Virus record (IMG/VR): IMGVR_UViG_3300002460_000025
Span: 7,621 to 71,620 of that record
Strand: one strand, 5' to 3'
Source: a virus
DNA length: 64,000 bases
The notes under the pieces were generated by a model that did not search any database, was not told the DNA's origin, and saw only the letters and a list, made by a program, of their open reading frames with translations. Made by a program: the position numbers and the translations under genes. Numbering within the stretch: position 1 is the first letter of the stretch; each line of letters starts with the position of its first letter. Of the stretch, positions 1-9,519 are shown piece after piece.

Positions 1-7
1 CAACACG

Positions 8-319
8 ATGATCTCCAAAGCCGCCAAGCAAGGGTGGCTGAAAATGGAAAGTCCTGCTGAACGCCTGGAATACGAGCTTGCCCCTACGGTGGTCGATAAC
101 CTGAAAGAGTTCCTCGACGAGAAGGACAAGAAAATCACCGTTGAAGTTGCGAAGGGGATTGGGTTGTTCAAGTCTCACCAAGCTGTGAAGGTTGAAGGAG
201 ATGTGAACAAGGCCATCCTCGCTCTGAACATTGAATTCTCAGGAGAATCTGCTGGACGCAAAGGCAATATCGTGGGTACCCCAAATGTGATTGATGTCGA
301 GGTCGTCCAGAGCGAGTAA
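8..319 (+). CDS. Probable terminase small subunit, C-terminal part (may start upstream of the window)
   Basis: Lies just upstream of the large terminase; ends in a TerS-like tail (VIDVEVV). Positional call only. Confidence 0.5.
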   Translation: MISKAAKQGWLKMESPAERLEYELAPTVVDNLKEFLDEKDKKITVEVAKGIGLFKSHQAVKVEGDVNKAILALNIEFSGESAGRKGNIVGTPNVIDVEVVQSE

Positions 320-322
320 GTC

Positions 323-496
323 ATGCCATTCGAAAGTGAAGCGCAACGACGATTCATGTTTGCTCGACATCCGAAGATTGCCAAACGATGGGCAGACACC
401 TATGGCATCACTGACGATCTACCCAAGCGGAAAGGGAAGAAGCGTTCGAAGGCTCACCCGGCGGCTGAAGGATTGAAACGAGCGACACCAAGGTAA
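323..496 (+). CDS. Small basic phage protein, 57 aa (MPFESEAQRRFMFARHPKIAKRW...AAEGLKRATPR)
   Basis: Hand-translated and not in the ORF track. Fills the gap between TerS and TerL; the MPFxSxAQRR start recurs in phage microproteins. Confidence 0.7.
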   Translation: MPFESEAQRRFMFARHPKIAKRWADTYGITDDLPKRKGKKRSKAHPAAEGLKRATPR

Positions 497-499
497 TCG

Positions 500-1960
500 A
501 TGGCAAAATGGCTTGAGCTTGAACGAGAGCCTCTCTTCAGCCAGCCTGATCAGATGGCCTTCCTAGAGGCACTGAGAAGTCGAGTCTGTCTCTCCTGTCG
601 CACCCCCTATGTTGCTCGTCCTCCACGAGGACTCTGTCCACAGTGTGAACACGCTGGCAGACGGATTTTCGATCGACTCACGATCATCGCTGGTCGTCGG
701 TTTGGTAAGTCCAAGATTGGTTCCATTGCAGGGGTCGAAGAATCCTGCTTTGAGAATTCCATCGGATGGGCTTGTGCGCCGACCATCCCAAAGCTCCATC
801 GATACGTCATCCCTGCGTTCCAGCAACTCATTCCGAATGAGTGGGTTGATGATTGGAACTCTGAGTTCAAAGACCTTCGCCTCAAGAATGGGGCGCTCAT
901 TCACTTCCAGACCCTCGAAGATCCCGATCAAGGTCGAGGACAGGGGCTTGATTGGTTGTGGATTGATGAGGTCTGTGAACTGACCAAGGCCCACTGGGAT
1001 GTAATTCGGCCGTCATTGGCAGGCAATACGACCGCATTCTTTACGACATCCCCTCGCGGCTACGACTGGGTCTACGACGAACTCTACAAACCGGCTGAGA
1101 ACGGCATCCCTGGATACTGGGCAACCATCGCTCGCACGATCGATTCAGCGAATCCCAAGATTAGTGAAGAATTCCTCGCCCGCGAGCGCCTCCAGATGTC
1201 CGATTCGATGTATCGGCAGGAATATGAGGCAGATTTCGTCACCTTCACGGGTGCGGTCTATGGAGACCTGATTTTCCCACAGATCCTCCGATCGAGAGAG
1301 AAGATTCGTGAACTGCTTCCTGACTATCCCATCATTGAGCCGTGGCGATCGATTACGATTGGTATCGATACGGGGGCTGATCACCCGTTTGGTGCTGTCA
1401 AACTGGTCGCGACTGATAAGGGACTCGTTGCGGTTGCTGAATATCTAGAGAAAGATCGATCATTCTTCCAGCACGTCACAGAGTTGAAGCGCCTCGCAGG
1501 AATCAATCCTGTCCGGTGGGCGATCAACAAGAATGAACGACAGGCCATCATCGAATTCGCACAGCCACAGTATGGAATCATCTGTCAGAAGTCAGAGAAT
1601 GACCAGCTTGCAGGGATCGAGCGTGTCAAGACATGGCTCCACAATAAGCAACTCTGGATTGTCGAGGATGCCTGTCCACGTCTCCTCAAGCAACTCCAAG
1701 CCCTCCGATGGGCTGATGCACGTAAAGATGGACAAAGCCGGGATAAAGCCATTGTCTACAAAAAGGATGACGAGCTTCCAGACTGTCTCCGTTATGCCTT
1801 GATGTCATGGCCGCAACTCCCAGAGGCTCCCAAAGAAACGACTGTTCGCGATATTAGTCGGATGCCTGATAGTGCTCGTTGGCAGATTGAACGTATGCGC
1901 CGTATTGAGAAACCACCCGACGAGAACCCAACGATGGCGGAATCGGATTTCTGGCTCTAA
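500..1960 (+). CDS. terL: Terminase large subunit with N-terminal CxxC..CxxC insertion
   Basis: Walker A GRRFGKS, Walker B LWIDE, coupling motif TTSP, QEYEADF, nuclease GIDTG...HP and DELPDCLRY. Confidence 0.95.
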   Translation: MAKWLELEREPLFSQPDQMAFLEALRSRVCLSCRTPYVARPPRGLCPQCEHAGRRIFDRLTIIAGRRFGKSKIGSIAGVEESCFENSIGWACAPTIPKLHRYVIPAFQQLIPNEWVDDWNSEFKDLRLKNGALIHFQTLEDPDQGRGQGLDWLWIDEVCELTKAHWDVIRPSLAGNTTAFFTTSPRGYDWVYDELYKPAENGIPGYWATIARTIDSANPKISEEFLARERLQMSDSMYRQEYEADFVTFTGAVYGDLIFPQILRSREKIRELLPDYPIIEPWRSITIGIDTGADHPFGAVKLVATDKGLVAVAEYLEKDRSFFQHVTELKRLAGINPVRWAINKNERQAIIEFAQPQYGIICQKSENDQLAGIERVKTWLHNKQLWIVEDACPRLLKQLQALRWADARKDGQSRDKAIVYKKDDELPDCLRYALMSWPQLPEAPKETTVRDISRMPDSARWQIERMRRIEKPPDENPTMAESDFWL

Positions 1961-1973
1961 CATATAGGTAAGT

Positions 1974-2099
1974 ATGGCTTACGGTAGTACTCGTACCAAC
2001 ATGATCTTTTGTCCTCGGTGTCGTTCTACCATCTCTCCAGGTAAACCCTGCAAGCGATGTCTTCGTCAGGAACTCGAACCAAAGGAGTCGAAGTCGTAA
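1974..2099 (+). CDS. 41-aa zinc-finger microprotein (CPRC..CKRC)
   Basis: Hand-translated: MAYGSTRTNMIFCPRCRSTISPGKPCKRCLRQELEPKESKS. Stop overlaps the next start (TAATG). Confidence 0.6.
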   Translation: MAYGSTRTNMIFCPRCRSTISPGKPCKRCLRQELEPKESKS

Positions 2100-2479
2100 T
2101 GTGGATTCCCACGCTCGTTGCTGAATATTTGAAAATCTCCAAGGATGCCGTCGACGAACTCCGCATTGAACTCGCAGCCGTCCGGGCTGAGCGTGATGCC
2201 CTGCGCTACCAGCAGGCAACAGATCGTACCAACGCCGACTGGCTCCGTGTCAGAGTGAATGCGCTCGAACAGGAAAATAAAGCCCTCATTGAACGGGCCT
2301 ACCAGATCAAACTTCCGGCACCTGAACTCGTTCGTACACCAGCATTCACTACTGGTCAGTGGAGTCCAGCGACAAGGGGTTTTGACCCTCAGATGCTCCA
2401 TTCCGGCTTCGACGACATCGGTGAGGATGTCGCTCGTGCCCTTGGACTAGAAAGTTACGAGTCTCCTGAGAAGAAGTAA
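2099..2479 (+). CDS. Coiled-coil protein upstream of portal
   Basis: AAGGAG RBS before ATG 2099; heptad-rich helix; abuts the portal start. Confidence 0.7.
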   Translation: MWIPTLVAEYLKISKDAVDELRIELAAVRAERDALRYQQATDRTNADWLRVRVNALEQENKALIERAYQIKLPAPELVRTPAFTTGQWSPATRGFDPQMLHSGFDDIGEDVARALGLESYESPEKK

Positions 2480-4735
2480 ATGGCCGATATTTTTGAGTCA
2501 TTGACTCCCACACAGACGAACAGTCTGACGGCACCAGACGCAGCCCTTCCTGGGCTGCCGGTCAATGATCCATTCGAGGAACAGAAGCTTCTCGCTATCT
2601 TCGAGCGATGTAAGAAGGAATCCTTCTCCTCTCGATGGGTGTGGGAACGTGAATGGCTCAGGGACATCTTCTACACAACGAATCGACAGTGGATCTACTG
2701 GCATCCCACCCGTCGCGAATGGGTAGATAAACGTCTCAACAAGAACGTCCCCCGCCCCGTGACCAACAAGATGGCCGAAACGGTCCAGTCCCTCCGGGCG
2801 ACCTTCGGATCCATCGAACTCGGTGTCATCGCGAGGCCGATTGGGCATAGTACAGAAAGTGTCGCCACCGCAGAGGTTGTCGATAAAATCGCTCCGCTCA
2901 TCCATGAAGAGCACAAGATGCACATGGTGATGCGAGAGGCCGATTTCTGGTTGATCGTGAATGGCAGTGCTTGTCTTCAAACGAGTTGGGACAATGACAT
3001 CCGATTCAATCGGGCATTCATCCCACACGAACAATGTCAGACCTGTGGGACGATCTCCCCTCCAAAAGCGATTGTGGATGCAGGGAATACCTGTCCTGTC
3101 TGTGGAGGCACCTCGTTTACCAAGGCGATGCAGCCTGATGGGAAACCGGCTGGTGAATGGGTCTCCTATGGCAAGGGAAAGACAGTTGCGCTCTCCCCGT
3201 TTGAATATGCCATTCCACCAAGCGTCACCCGCTTTGACGAAACCCCGTATATCATTCGACTCCGGTGGAGAGATAAAGGCTATTACGAGGCCAATTACCC
3301 AGAGCTTGTCCACAAGCTCATGTTCGAGAAGTCTCCACAGGATCGATCCCTCCAGATTTACAAGTCCCTCTCCCTCGTCAATGATATGGGCACCGGGTCG
3401 AGTTGGTCATCTCTCTCAATGGGTGGGATGGACACGATCGAAGGCATTACCGAGTATGAACTCTGGATGCGACCCACACCTGACTATCCAGAAGGGCTTG
3501 TTCTTCGTATCGCAGGTGATAAACAACCAGTCCTGATTCGTTCCGAGAAGGAAAGCATCCCAGGTCCGATCCCCTATAAGGATCGTGATAGCATGGTGAT
3601 CTTCCCGTTCGCCTTTGCCATCTTCGAGCACATTGGAGGCCGTCTCTACGGTCGAGGGGCTCTTGCTCCACTGATTCAGAAGCAGGATCAACTCAATCAA
3701 CTGGATTCCCTCATCCAGATGATCATCCAGCGCACGGCGAATCCTGTCTGGATTGTTCCAGAAGGCGCAGGGATCGATCACTTCACTGGTGATCCTGGTC
3801 TCGTGATGAAGTGGAACCCTCTCGCCTCGGGTGGACAGGGTAAACCCGAACGTATTTCCGGTGAGAACGTCCCACCGGCTCTCTTCAGCCTCAGAGAACA
3901 GTATCTCAAAGATATTGAGGAGTTGGCTGGTACCTATGATATTATCAAGGGCCAGAAACCATCGGGTGTGGAGGCATTCTCCGCGCTCCAACTTCTGGTA
4001 GAACGCTCTCAGGCTCGATTTACATCAGCCTTCTCGTCTCGCGGGGAAATGTATCGTCAGTGGTTCTCGACGGCCCTCGAATTGGAGCGGTCATTCGGTC
4101 CACAGGAACGTGTCCTGACCGTTGTCACCCCGAATAAGGGTTATACGTTCCAAGCGTTCCAGCAAGCACAGCTTCAAGGCAACGTGAGCATCAAAGTGGA
4201 AGATGGCACGAACATGCCAAAGACTCCACTGGGTAAACGGGCCGCGATTGAACACGCCAACCAGCTTGGACTGCTTGATCCAGCCGATCCAGAGCAGCGA
4301 TATGCCCTTCTGACGGAACTGGGACTCTCGAATCTCTCCCCATCCCTCGATATCCACGTTCAGACAGCCCTCCAAATGCAAGATGCCTTTGAACGATGGG
4401 TCGAAAATCCCGTAGGACCACATCCCCTCGTCATGAAGATGTGGTACGATCCACAAATCCACTACGGTGAGCGAGTCAAGTGGCTGAATTCAGATCACAT
4501 GCGTGAACTGATGGTCCAAACCCCCGAACTCGAACAAGTCATTCTGCTCCATTTACAAGAAATCCAGATGATGCTGGCCCCTCCACCAATGGTGGGACCA
4601 GATGGACAGCCGATCGCACCTGAAGCCCCAGAAGGTGTTGGTGCGGGCCGAGCCATGCAGAATTCGAACACAAACGCAGGAAATCCAGCCGGTAATCCTG
4701 CCACACAACCAGCACCACAACCGGCTTCATTCTAA
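2480..4735 (+). CDS. Portal protein (P22-like) with zinc-ribbon insertion
   Basis: 751 aa between TerL and scaffold. Portal-like segments (RPVTNKM, YGRG..LIQKQDQLN, DIEELAG..DIIKG, ALQLLVE) and a Pro/Gln-rich tail. Confidence 0.88.
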   Translation: MADIFESLTPTQTNSLTAPDAALPGLPVNDPFEEQKLLAIFERCKKESFSSRWVWEREWLRDIFYTTNRQWIYWHPTRREWVDKRLNKNVPRPVTNKMAETVQSLRATFGSIELGVIARPIGHSTESVATAEVVDKIAPLIHEEHKMHMVMREADFWLIVNGSACLQTSWDNDIRFNRAFIPHEQCQTCGTISPPKAIVDAGNTCPVCGGTSFTKAMQPDGKPAGEWVSYGKGKTVALSPFEYAIPPSVTRFDETPYIIRLRWRDKGYYEANYPELVHKLMFEKSPQDRSLQIYKSLSLVNDMGTGSSWSSLSMGGMDTIEGITEYELWMRPTPDYPEGLVLRIAGDKQPVLIRSEKESIPGPIPYKDRDSMVIFPFAFAIFEHIGGRLYGRGALAPLIQKQDQLNQLDSLIQMIIQRTANPVWIVPEGAGIDHFTGDPGLVMKWNPLASGGQGKPERISGENVPPALFSLREQYLKDIEELAGTYDIIKGQKPSGVEAFSALQLLVERSQARFTSAFSSRGEMYRQWFSTALELERSFGPQERVLTVVTPNKGYTFQAFQQAQLQGNVSIKVEDGTNMPKTPLGKRAAIEHANQLGLLDPADPEQRYALLTELGLSNLSPSLDIHVQTALQMQDAFERWVENPVGPHPLVMKMWYDPQIHYGERVKWLNSDHMRELMVQTPELEQVILLHLQEIQMMLAPPPMVGPDGQPIAPEAPEGVGAGRAMQNSNTNAGNPAGNPATQPAPQPASF

Positions 4736-4741
4736 ATCACC

Positions 4742-4802
4742 GTCTATCTCCGTCCTGATAGACACTCCAGCGCGGTCCTCTCCGCGATACCAAGAGTAGG
4801 AG
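4742..4802 (+). promoter_or_regulatory. Structured leader of the scaffold gene (two hairpins next to the RBS)
   Basis: GTCTATC/GATAGAC and CGCGG/CCGCG stems, plus ACTC/GAGT closing beside AGGAG. Confidence 0.45.
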
Positions 4803-4808
4803 CATCTC

Positions 4809-5642
4809 ATGGGAAGTCCGACCGTCGATCTCAATGTCAACCCCTCGTCCGCGCCTGACGATACAGCCGCACCCACGTCCGACCCGACGATAACAGGTCA
4901 ACCCGCTCCGTCTCCAGCGATACAGGGGACACCGGCAGCGAGTCCGACAACTCAGCAGCAACCAGAGCCATCATGGCTCCGTGGGCGTCTTCAGGAAACC
5001 CGCGAAGCCGCCGTTCGTGCAGCCCAGACACAGTGGGAGCAGGAACGACGGATCATGCAGGCTCAATTTGAAGCCCAACAAGCACAACTCCACGCCCTTG
5101 TTGGCGTATCTCCGCAGGAAGATCCAGAAGTCTCAGCCGTTCGTTCCCAGTTCCAGCGCCTCTATCCAGGTCTGGCACAACTCGAACAGCGAGCCAAGGA
5201 TGTTCTCGGAGTCGTCGAGCGATCTGGGGATATTGATTCTCAGACAAAGCATTATTGGAGCAACTACGGGAGACAGACCATGGATCGCCTCTACGACATG
5301 GCCGGTAAATCCCTCGGGAGCCCAATCGGTGATGATGCCAAGCGTGCCCTCCACGCGGCCTTCTCTGGCTACATTGCATCATCTCCAGAAGCGACGAATC
5401 GTTACATGCAGGATCCCGCACTGGTCGAGGAATTTTGGAGTCAATTTGAAACCAATTTCATCGGTCCCGTTCGGAGAACCACCAATGCAACGGTGCAGTC
5501 GAATGTGCAGAATCGTAACCTTCCACAGGATACCCCATCAGGGGCTCCGCAGGTGGGAGTGAACCCGGTCAAGCCAGTGGATCTCGACGAACGCACAGCC
5601 ATGGCATGGGCTTCTTACAGTGCAAACCGGAACCAATCGTAA
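4809..5642 (+). CDS. Capsid scaffolding protein
   Basis: Between portal and capsid; Pro/Thr-rich N-terminus, Gln-rich coiled coil, short C-terminal helix. Confidence 0.75.
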   Translation: MGSPTVDLNVNPSSAPDDTAAPTSDPTITGQPAPSPAIQGTPAASPTTQQQPEPSWLRGRLQETREAAVRAAQTQWEQERRIMQAQFEAQQAQLHALVGVSPQEDPEVSAVRSQFQRLYPGLAQLEQRAKDVLGVVERSGDIDSQTKHYWSNYGRQTMDRLYDMAGKSLGSPIGDDAKRALHAAFSGYIASSPEATNRYMQDPALVEEFWSQFETNFIGPVRRTTNATVQSNVQNRNLPQDTPSGAPQVGVNPVKPVDLDERTAMAWASYSANRNQS

Positions 5643-5669
5643 GGTTCCAGATTTTCGATAGGTACTCTC

Positions 5670-6980
5670 ATGGGTGCAGATAAACAGGCTCTCGACGCCA
5701 TCTTCAAGGAAGTCTTTGAGGATGGTATCGCCGAGGGCGTTAACCAGAAGAACCCGTTACGGGACATCATCAAGACTGAGAAGTCACCGTTCAAGGGTCG
5801 GGAGCACGTCCGTCTGGCTCACACCACACGGAACATCTCCCCAATGTTCGTAGGCGAGGATTCGGCCTTCGCGGACGCTGGACAGCAGGGCTATTCACGG
5901 CTCTTCGTTGACCAGAAGAAGCTGATGGCACGTATTCGTATGACCTGGGAGGTCATGCAGGACTCGACGTCCAACGAAGGTGCGTTCATCTCAGCACGTA
6001 AGTCTGAGATGCAGTACATGATCGACGATATCAGTCGTCGGGATGAACACGCACTCAACACGGATGGTCGTGGGGTACTGGCGCTCATCGACGAAGCTAC
6101 TCCATCAGGTAATACCACACTTGAGCTTGATGCTCCTGGTGGAATTACCAATGACAACTTCGGGAATAGGTTCCTCTCGTCAGGAATGTATATCGGAGCG
6201 GTCAATCCATCAACTGGCGCACTCCGCGCTGGTGTGGTCAAGGTGACAGCAGCCAACGCTGACGGTACAGACGTCACGGTGGACGCGGCACCAAACGCGG
6301 CATGGGCGAACAGTGATTATATCGTTCAGGTCGCGAACTCCGCCGTCACCGACGTGCTCGACTCGTCTTACGAGAAGGCATGGTGGGGCTTGATGGCCCT
6401 GGTCGATGACGGGACATATCGTAACAACTACTTCGGTCTGGACCGTACAGCGGTTCCGGCATATAGTTCTTACGTGACCGCATCAACCGGCGCACTCTCT
6501 ACGGACCTCATCCAGCGTGTAGCGGATGTGGTTGATCAGAAGCTGAATGGCAGTATCGACATGATCATCTGTCATCACAGCACACGTCGACTGGTCGTCC
6601 AGTTGACTGACGCTGATCGACGTTACATGGGCGCGAGTCTGCCGAAACCAGATCCTGGTACGGCGGCATTCAAGCAGGGAGATATTCCATTCGGAACTGT
6701 TCCTGTACGAGCCCTCCGTGACTTCCCACTCGACGTGATGGCCTTCTTGGATTTGAAGAACTCAGGTTTCAAGGAGTATGTCAGCGAGCCGGGTAAGTGG
6801 GTTGACGAGGATGGTCAGGTTCTCATTCGTGTCGGAGCGGGCGGAAGCGCCAGCCGAGATGCGTTCGAGGCATGGTATCGTGTGAGAAAGCAGTACTTCC
6901 TGGAATATCCAGCGTATTGTGCTCGTCTCGACGGTATCACTGGTCAGGCACTCGTGGTTGTTCGTCCAGCCGGTCAGTAA
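5670..6980 (+). CDS. Major capsid protein (HK97 fold)
   Basis: 436 aa after the scaffold, strongly biased codons, followed by a hairpin. MCP-like segments (STSNEGAF, DGRGVLA, YFGLDR, PAYCARLDGI). Confidence 0.88.
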   Translation: MGADKQALDAIFKEVFEDGIAEGVNQKNPLRDIIKTEKSPFKGREHVRLAHTTRNISPMFVGEDSAFADAGQQGYSRLFVDQKKLMARIRMTWEVMQDSTSNEGAFISARKSEMQYMIDDISRRDEHALNTDGRGVLALIDEATPSGNTTLELDAPGGITNDNFGNRFLSSGMYIGAVNPSTGALRAGVVKVTAANADGTDVTVDAAPNAAWANSDYIVQVANSAVTDVLDSSYEKAWWGLMALVDDGTYRNNYFGLDRTAVPAYSSYVTASTGALSTDLIQRVADVVDQKLNGSIDMIICHHSTRRLVVQLTDADRRYMGASLPKPDPGTAAFKQGDIPFGTVPVRALRDFPLDVMAFLDLKNSGFKEYVSEPGKWVDEDGQVLIRVGAGGSASRDAFEAWYRVRKQYFLEYPAYCARLDGITGQALVVVRPAGQ

Positions 6981-6992
6981 TCGTTCACACGT

Positions 6993-7020
6993 GTGGAGGG
7001 GGGCTCTGGCCCTCCTCTAC
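6993..7020 (+). terminator. GC-rich stem-loop after the capsid gene (no U-tail)
   Basis: GTGGAGGGGGGC-TCTG-GCCCTCCTCTAC. Confidence 0.55.
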
Positions 7021-7043
7021 ATTCCTATCGTGAGGAATCGTTC

Positions 7044-7460
7044 ATGCAATATGTGACTGTCGTCAATCGGACCAATGAAGTACTCGAAGGCACCTGGGAT
7101 GGAAAGCACTATGACATTCCACCTGGGAAGAGTGAGTATCCGGAAATCGCTGCTATCGCCTTCAAACGCCAGAATCCCGTTCGTGGAACGAGTGATCCTC
7201 GGTATGCCACGAATATGGATCTCATTGTAGGGTCGAGTCAGTATAAGTTGGGAATCGTGGAACACGGGGATCCCTGTGATTCACTCGTCACGACCAATAA
7301 TGAACCCAATGAACCCATCGAACGATGGGATCGGTCGAAGCTCGCTGGTGCGTTACCAACAGAAATTCGTCCAGGTGACAATGGCCTCTACGCAGCCCCA
7401 CGACGGACTATCGGCAGTGAACCACTCTCACCGAATGTCGGATTTACCAATCCTGACTAA
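7044..7460 (+). CDS. Hypothetical virion/head-associated protein
   Basis: GAGGA RBS before ATG 7044; follows the capsid gene. Confidence 0.65.
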   Translation: MQYVTVVNRTNEVLEGTWDGKHYDIPPGKSEYPEIAAIAFKRQNPVRGTSDPRYATNMDLIVGSSQYKLGIVEHGDPCDSLVTTNNEPNEPIERWDRSKLAGALPTEIRPGDNGLYAAPRRTIGSEPLSPNVGFTNPD

Positions 7461-7462
7461 TC

Positions 7463-7966
7463 ATGGTCACGTACGGCAATTATATTCCTGATATCAATCG
7501 TTTCTTCCTCGCTGGACCACCGGGATGGTGGCTCACGAAGTTGTATGAATTCGATACGAGCCTTGTCGTGGTGCCATCCAGACAGGGCTTCTATTATCGT
7601 CTCGCACAGCGTAGGAAGTTGCGACTCCCCGATCACATTGTCAATGATGCCTTGTTCAACGAGTCGGACACGAAGATGTTGGCATCGTATGGGTTGATTC
7701 CCGTCACCACTATCCTCGCCACGGCCAACTGGTCGAATCCACTTATGTGGAATGAACTGGCATCCAGAGCCCCCCACCGTCAAGGGGGAGCAGATGCCGT
7801 GAATGCTCGACTCGAAGCGCAGGATCGTGAAGAGTCATTGAGGAAGGCAGCCGTGATCGACGATATCAAGACACAAACGGCCAAAGATGGCTGGAAGCTC
7901 TATCGAAAAAAGATTGGTCTTGGCCGTACATGGCATGGACCGAACCTCGATCCGAAATTCTCGTAA
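7463..7966 (+). CDS. Hypothetical structural-region protein
   Basis: 167-aa ORF tightly coupled to its neighbours. Confidence 0.65.
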   Translation: MVTYGNYIPDINRFFLAGPPGWWLTKLYEFDTSLVVVPSRQGFYYRLAQRRKLRLPDHIVNDALFNESDTKMLASYGLIPVTTILATANWSNPLMWNELASRAPHRQGGADAVNARLEAQDREESLRKAAVIDDIKTQTAKDGWKLYRKKIGLGRTWHGPNLDPKFS

Positions 7967-8035
7967 CATCGTTGATCCTGATCAACGCTACCTATCAGGA
8001 CGCTTACCCACGCGAAGGGGGTTGAGATTTCTCTC

Positions 8036-8518
8036 ATGGCTCTATCTCTTGAAAGTGCAAACCTCGTCCGTCAGAAGGTCTACACGGCGATCAATGGTCG
8101 TGCGGATTCCAAGAATGCGCGTGTATTCTGGGACTCGGCTCGGGCGTTCTTCAACAAACATGTCGACAACGGCAATGCAGATCTTCAGTTCATTCCCTTC
8201 TCGGAAGCGGATGCGGATGATGACGATGGCACGGCTCTCGCGGATGCGGCGTGCAAGGTCTATCTCTTCTATGTGAAGAAACTGGCCTCTGCAACAGCCA
8301 ACACCGTCAAACTGTTCGACCACGCGACCCTCGATACGACTGCCACTGACCAGACGCTCTCGATTCCTCTCGATGCGGCCAGTCAGGAAGCTTTTCAGGT
8401 TTATCCTGCTGGATTCTCACAGGCGGTCGGTGTCACGGTGACACAGCACACGACCATCGAAGGATCCACTGATGGATCTGATGGTGCGGACGGCTTCATC
8501 GTGGTTGGTGCAGCGTAA
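8036..8518 (+). CDS. Putative capsid decoration / small beta-sandwich virion protein
   Basis: Ala/Thr/Asp-rich beta-strand pattern in the late operon. Confidence 0.6.
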   Translation: MALSLESANLVRQKVYTAINGRADSKNARVFWDSARAFFNKHVDNGNADLQFIPFSEADADDDDGTALADAACKVYLFYVKKLASATANTVKLFDHATLDTTATDQTLSIPLDAASQEAFQVYPAGFSQAVGVTVTQHTTIEGSTDGSDGADGFIVVGAA

Positions 8519-8616
8519 TGTGGCGTTCGTTGGCTAAGTGGCTTCTCACAAAAATCGCTCCCATCCTCATCAAAGAGGCTGTGGAGAAGCTTGAAGGGGA
8601 CACGAAGCCTCAGTAA
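8518..8616 (+). CDS. 32-aa amphipathic peptide (MWRSLAKWLLTKIAPILIKEAVEKLEGDTKPQ)
   Basis: Hand-translated; TAATG overlap with the upstream gene. Confidence 0.45.
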   Translation: MWRSLAKWLLTKIAPILIKEAVEKLEGDTKPQ

Positions 8617-8622
8617 CCCTGT

Positions 8623-8694
8623 TGCGGGGTAGTGTAGTAGCGCATGTCTGGCTCATAACCAGATGGACCAGTGCAACCCTGGCGACCGCAACCA
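8623..8694 (+). tRNA. tRNA with CAT anticodon (Met/fMet-like, non-canonical)
   Basis: Acceptor TGCGG/CCGCA, D stem GTGT/GCAT, anticodon stem TCTGG/CCAGA with loop CTCATAA, T stem CCAG/CTGG, encoded 3' ACCA. Confidence 0.8.
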
Positions 8695-8754
8695 TTCTCT
8701 ATCCTACGAGGGGAGGGCCGGGACTCTCCCCTACTCTAGAAAGGTTTCCCGCTC

Positions 8755-9501
8755 ATGGCAACACGATATCTTCATGATTTTGCGGCCTCGACGGTCGCAC
8801 TCGGGCTCCAAAAAGCCAATCTCACGACTCCAGACAAACCGAATGCGTTTGGATTGTTTGCAGTCAACGGCGTCATTTATCCAGGCAAGGATAGTGCCTC
8901 AACACCGACCAACGTCAACCTCGAATTTCGTACACAGGTACTCTCCAAGACAATCAAGCTCAATAGCCAGACCGACTCGGATACTGTATCGGGTGAACTG
9001 ATTGGGTTCCAGTCAAAGCCACGAACGGGTGTGGCTGGTACGCAGAGTGTCTACGGGTGTCAGATCAGTGCCCAGATCAGTGATGGGATTGCCCTCACGG
9101 GATCTGGATCCATCATCGGTGGACATGTCGATGTCTATGTTCGAGGCACATCGGCAGGCACCATCGCTGGTGACGTGCGTGGTCTCCAGATTGAACTCAC
9201 GACCGATGACGCCGGGACACGCGACATTACGGGTTACGTGACGGGCATCAGAATCCGCAAGGTATTCTCTGCCGGAACTGTGACTGGAGTGCAATCGGCT
9301 ATCCGAGTTGAGGTCCCAGAAGTGCAGACGAACAGCGAGACCTATACAGGGCTGTTTGACCTGACTGGCACAGTCGGTACAGGTACAACAACTGTATGGA
9401 CAGACGGTGCAGTTACATCGGCGACAGCAGCGGGTGTGCTTGGGATTTATGTGAACGGTAGCAAGCGTTACATCAACCTGTACTCTGGAACACCTGCGTA
9501 A
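8755..9501 (+). CDS. Gly/Thr-rich beta-helix-like virion protein (spike or head fibre)
   Basis: Repeating xGxxI/V beta pattern; C-terminal YVNGSKRYI typical of fibre tips. Confidence 0.6.
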   Translation: MATRYLHDFAASTVALGLQKANLTTPDKPNAFGLFAVNGVIYPGKDSASTPTNVNLEFRTQVLSKTIKLNSQTDSDTVSGELIGFQSKPRTGVAGTQSVYGCQISAQISDGIALTGSGSIIGGHVDVYVRGTSAGTIAGDVRGLQIELTTDDAGTRDITGYVTGIRIRKVFSAGTVTGVQSAIRVEVPEVQTNSETYTGLFDLTGTVGTGTTTVWTDGAVTSATAAGVLGIYVNGSKRYINLYSGTPA

Positions 9502-9519
9502 TTTCTTAGGAGTCCTCGA

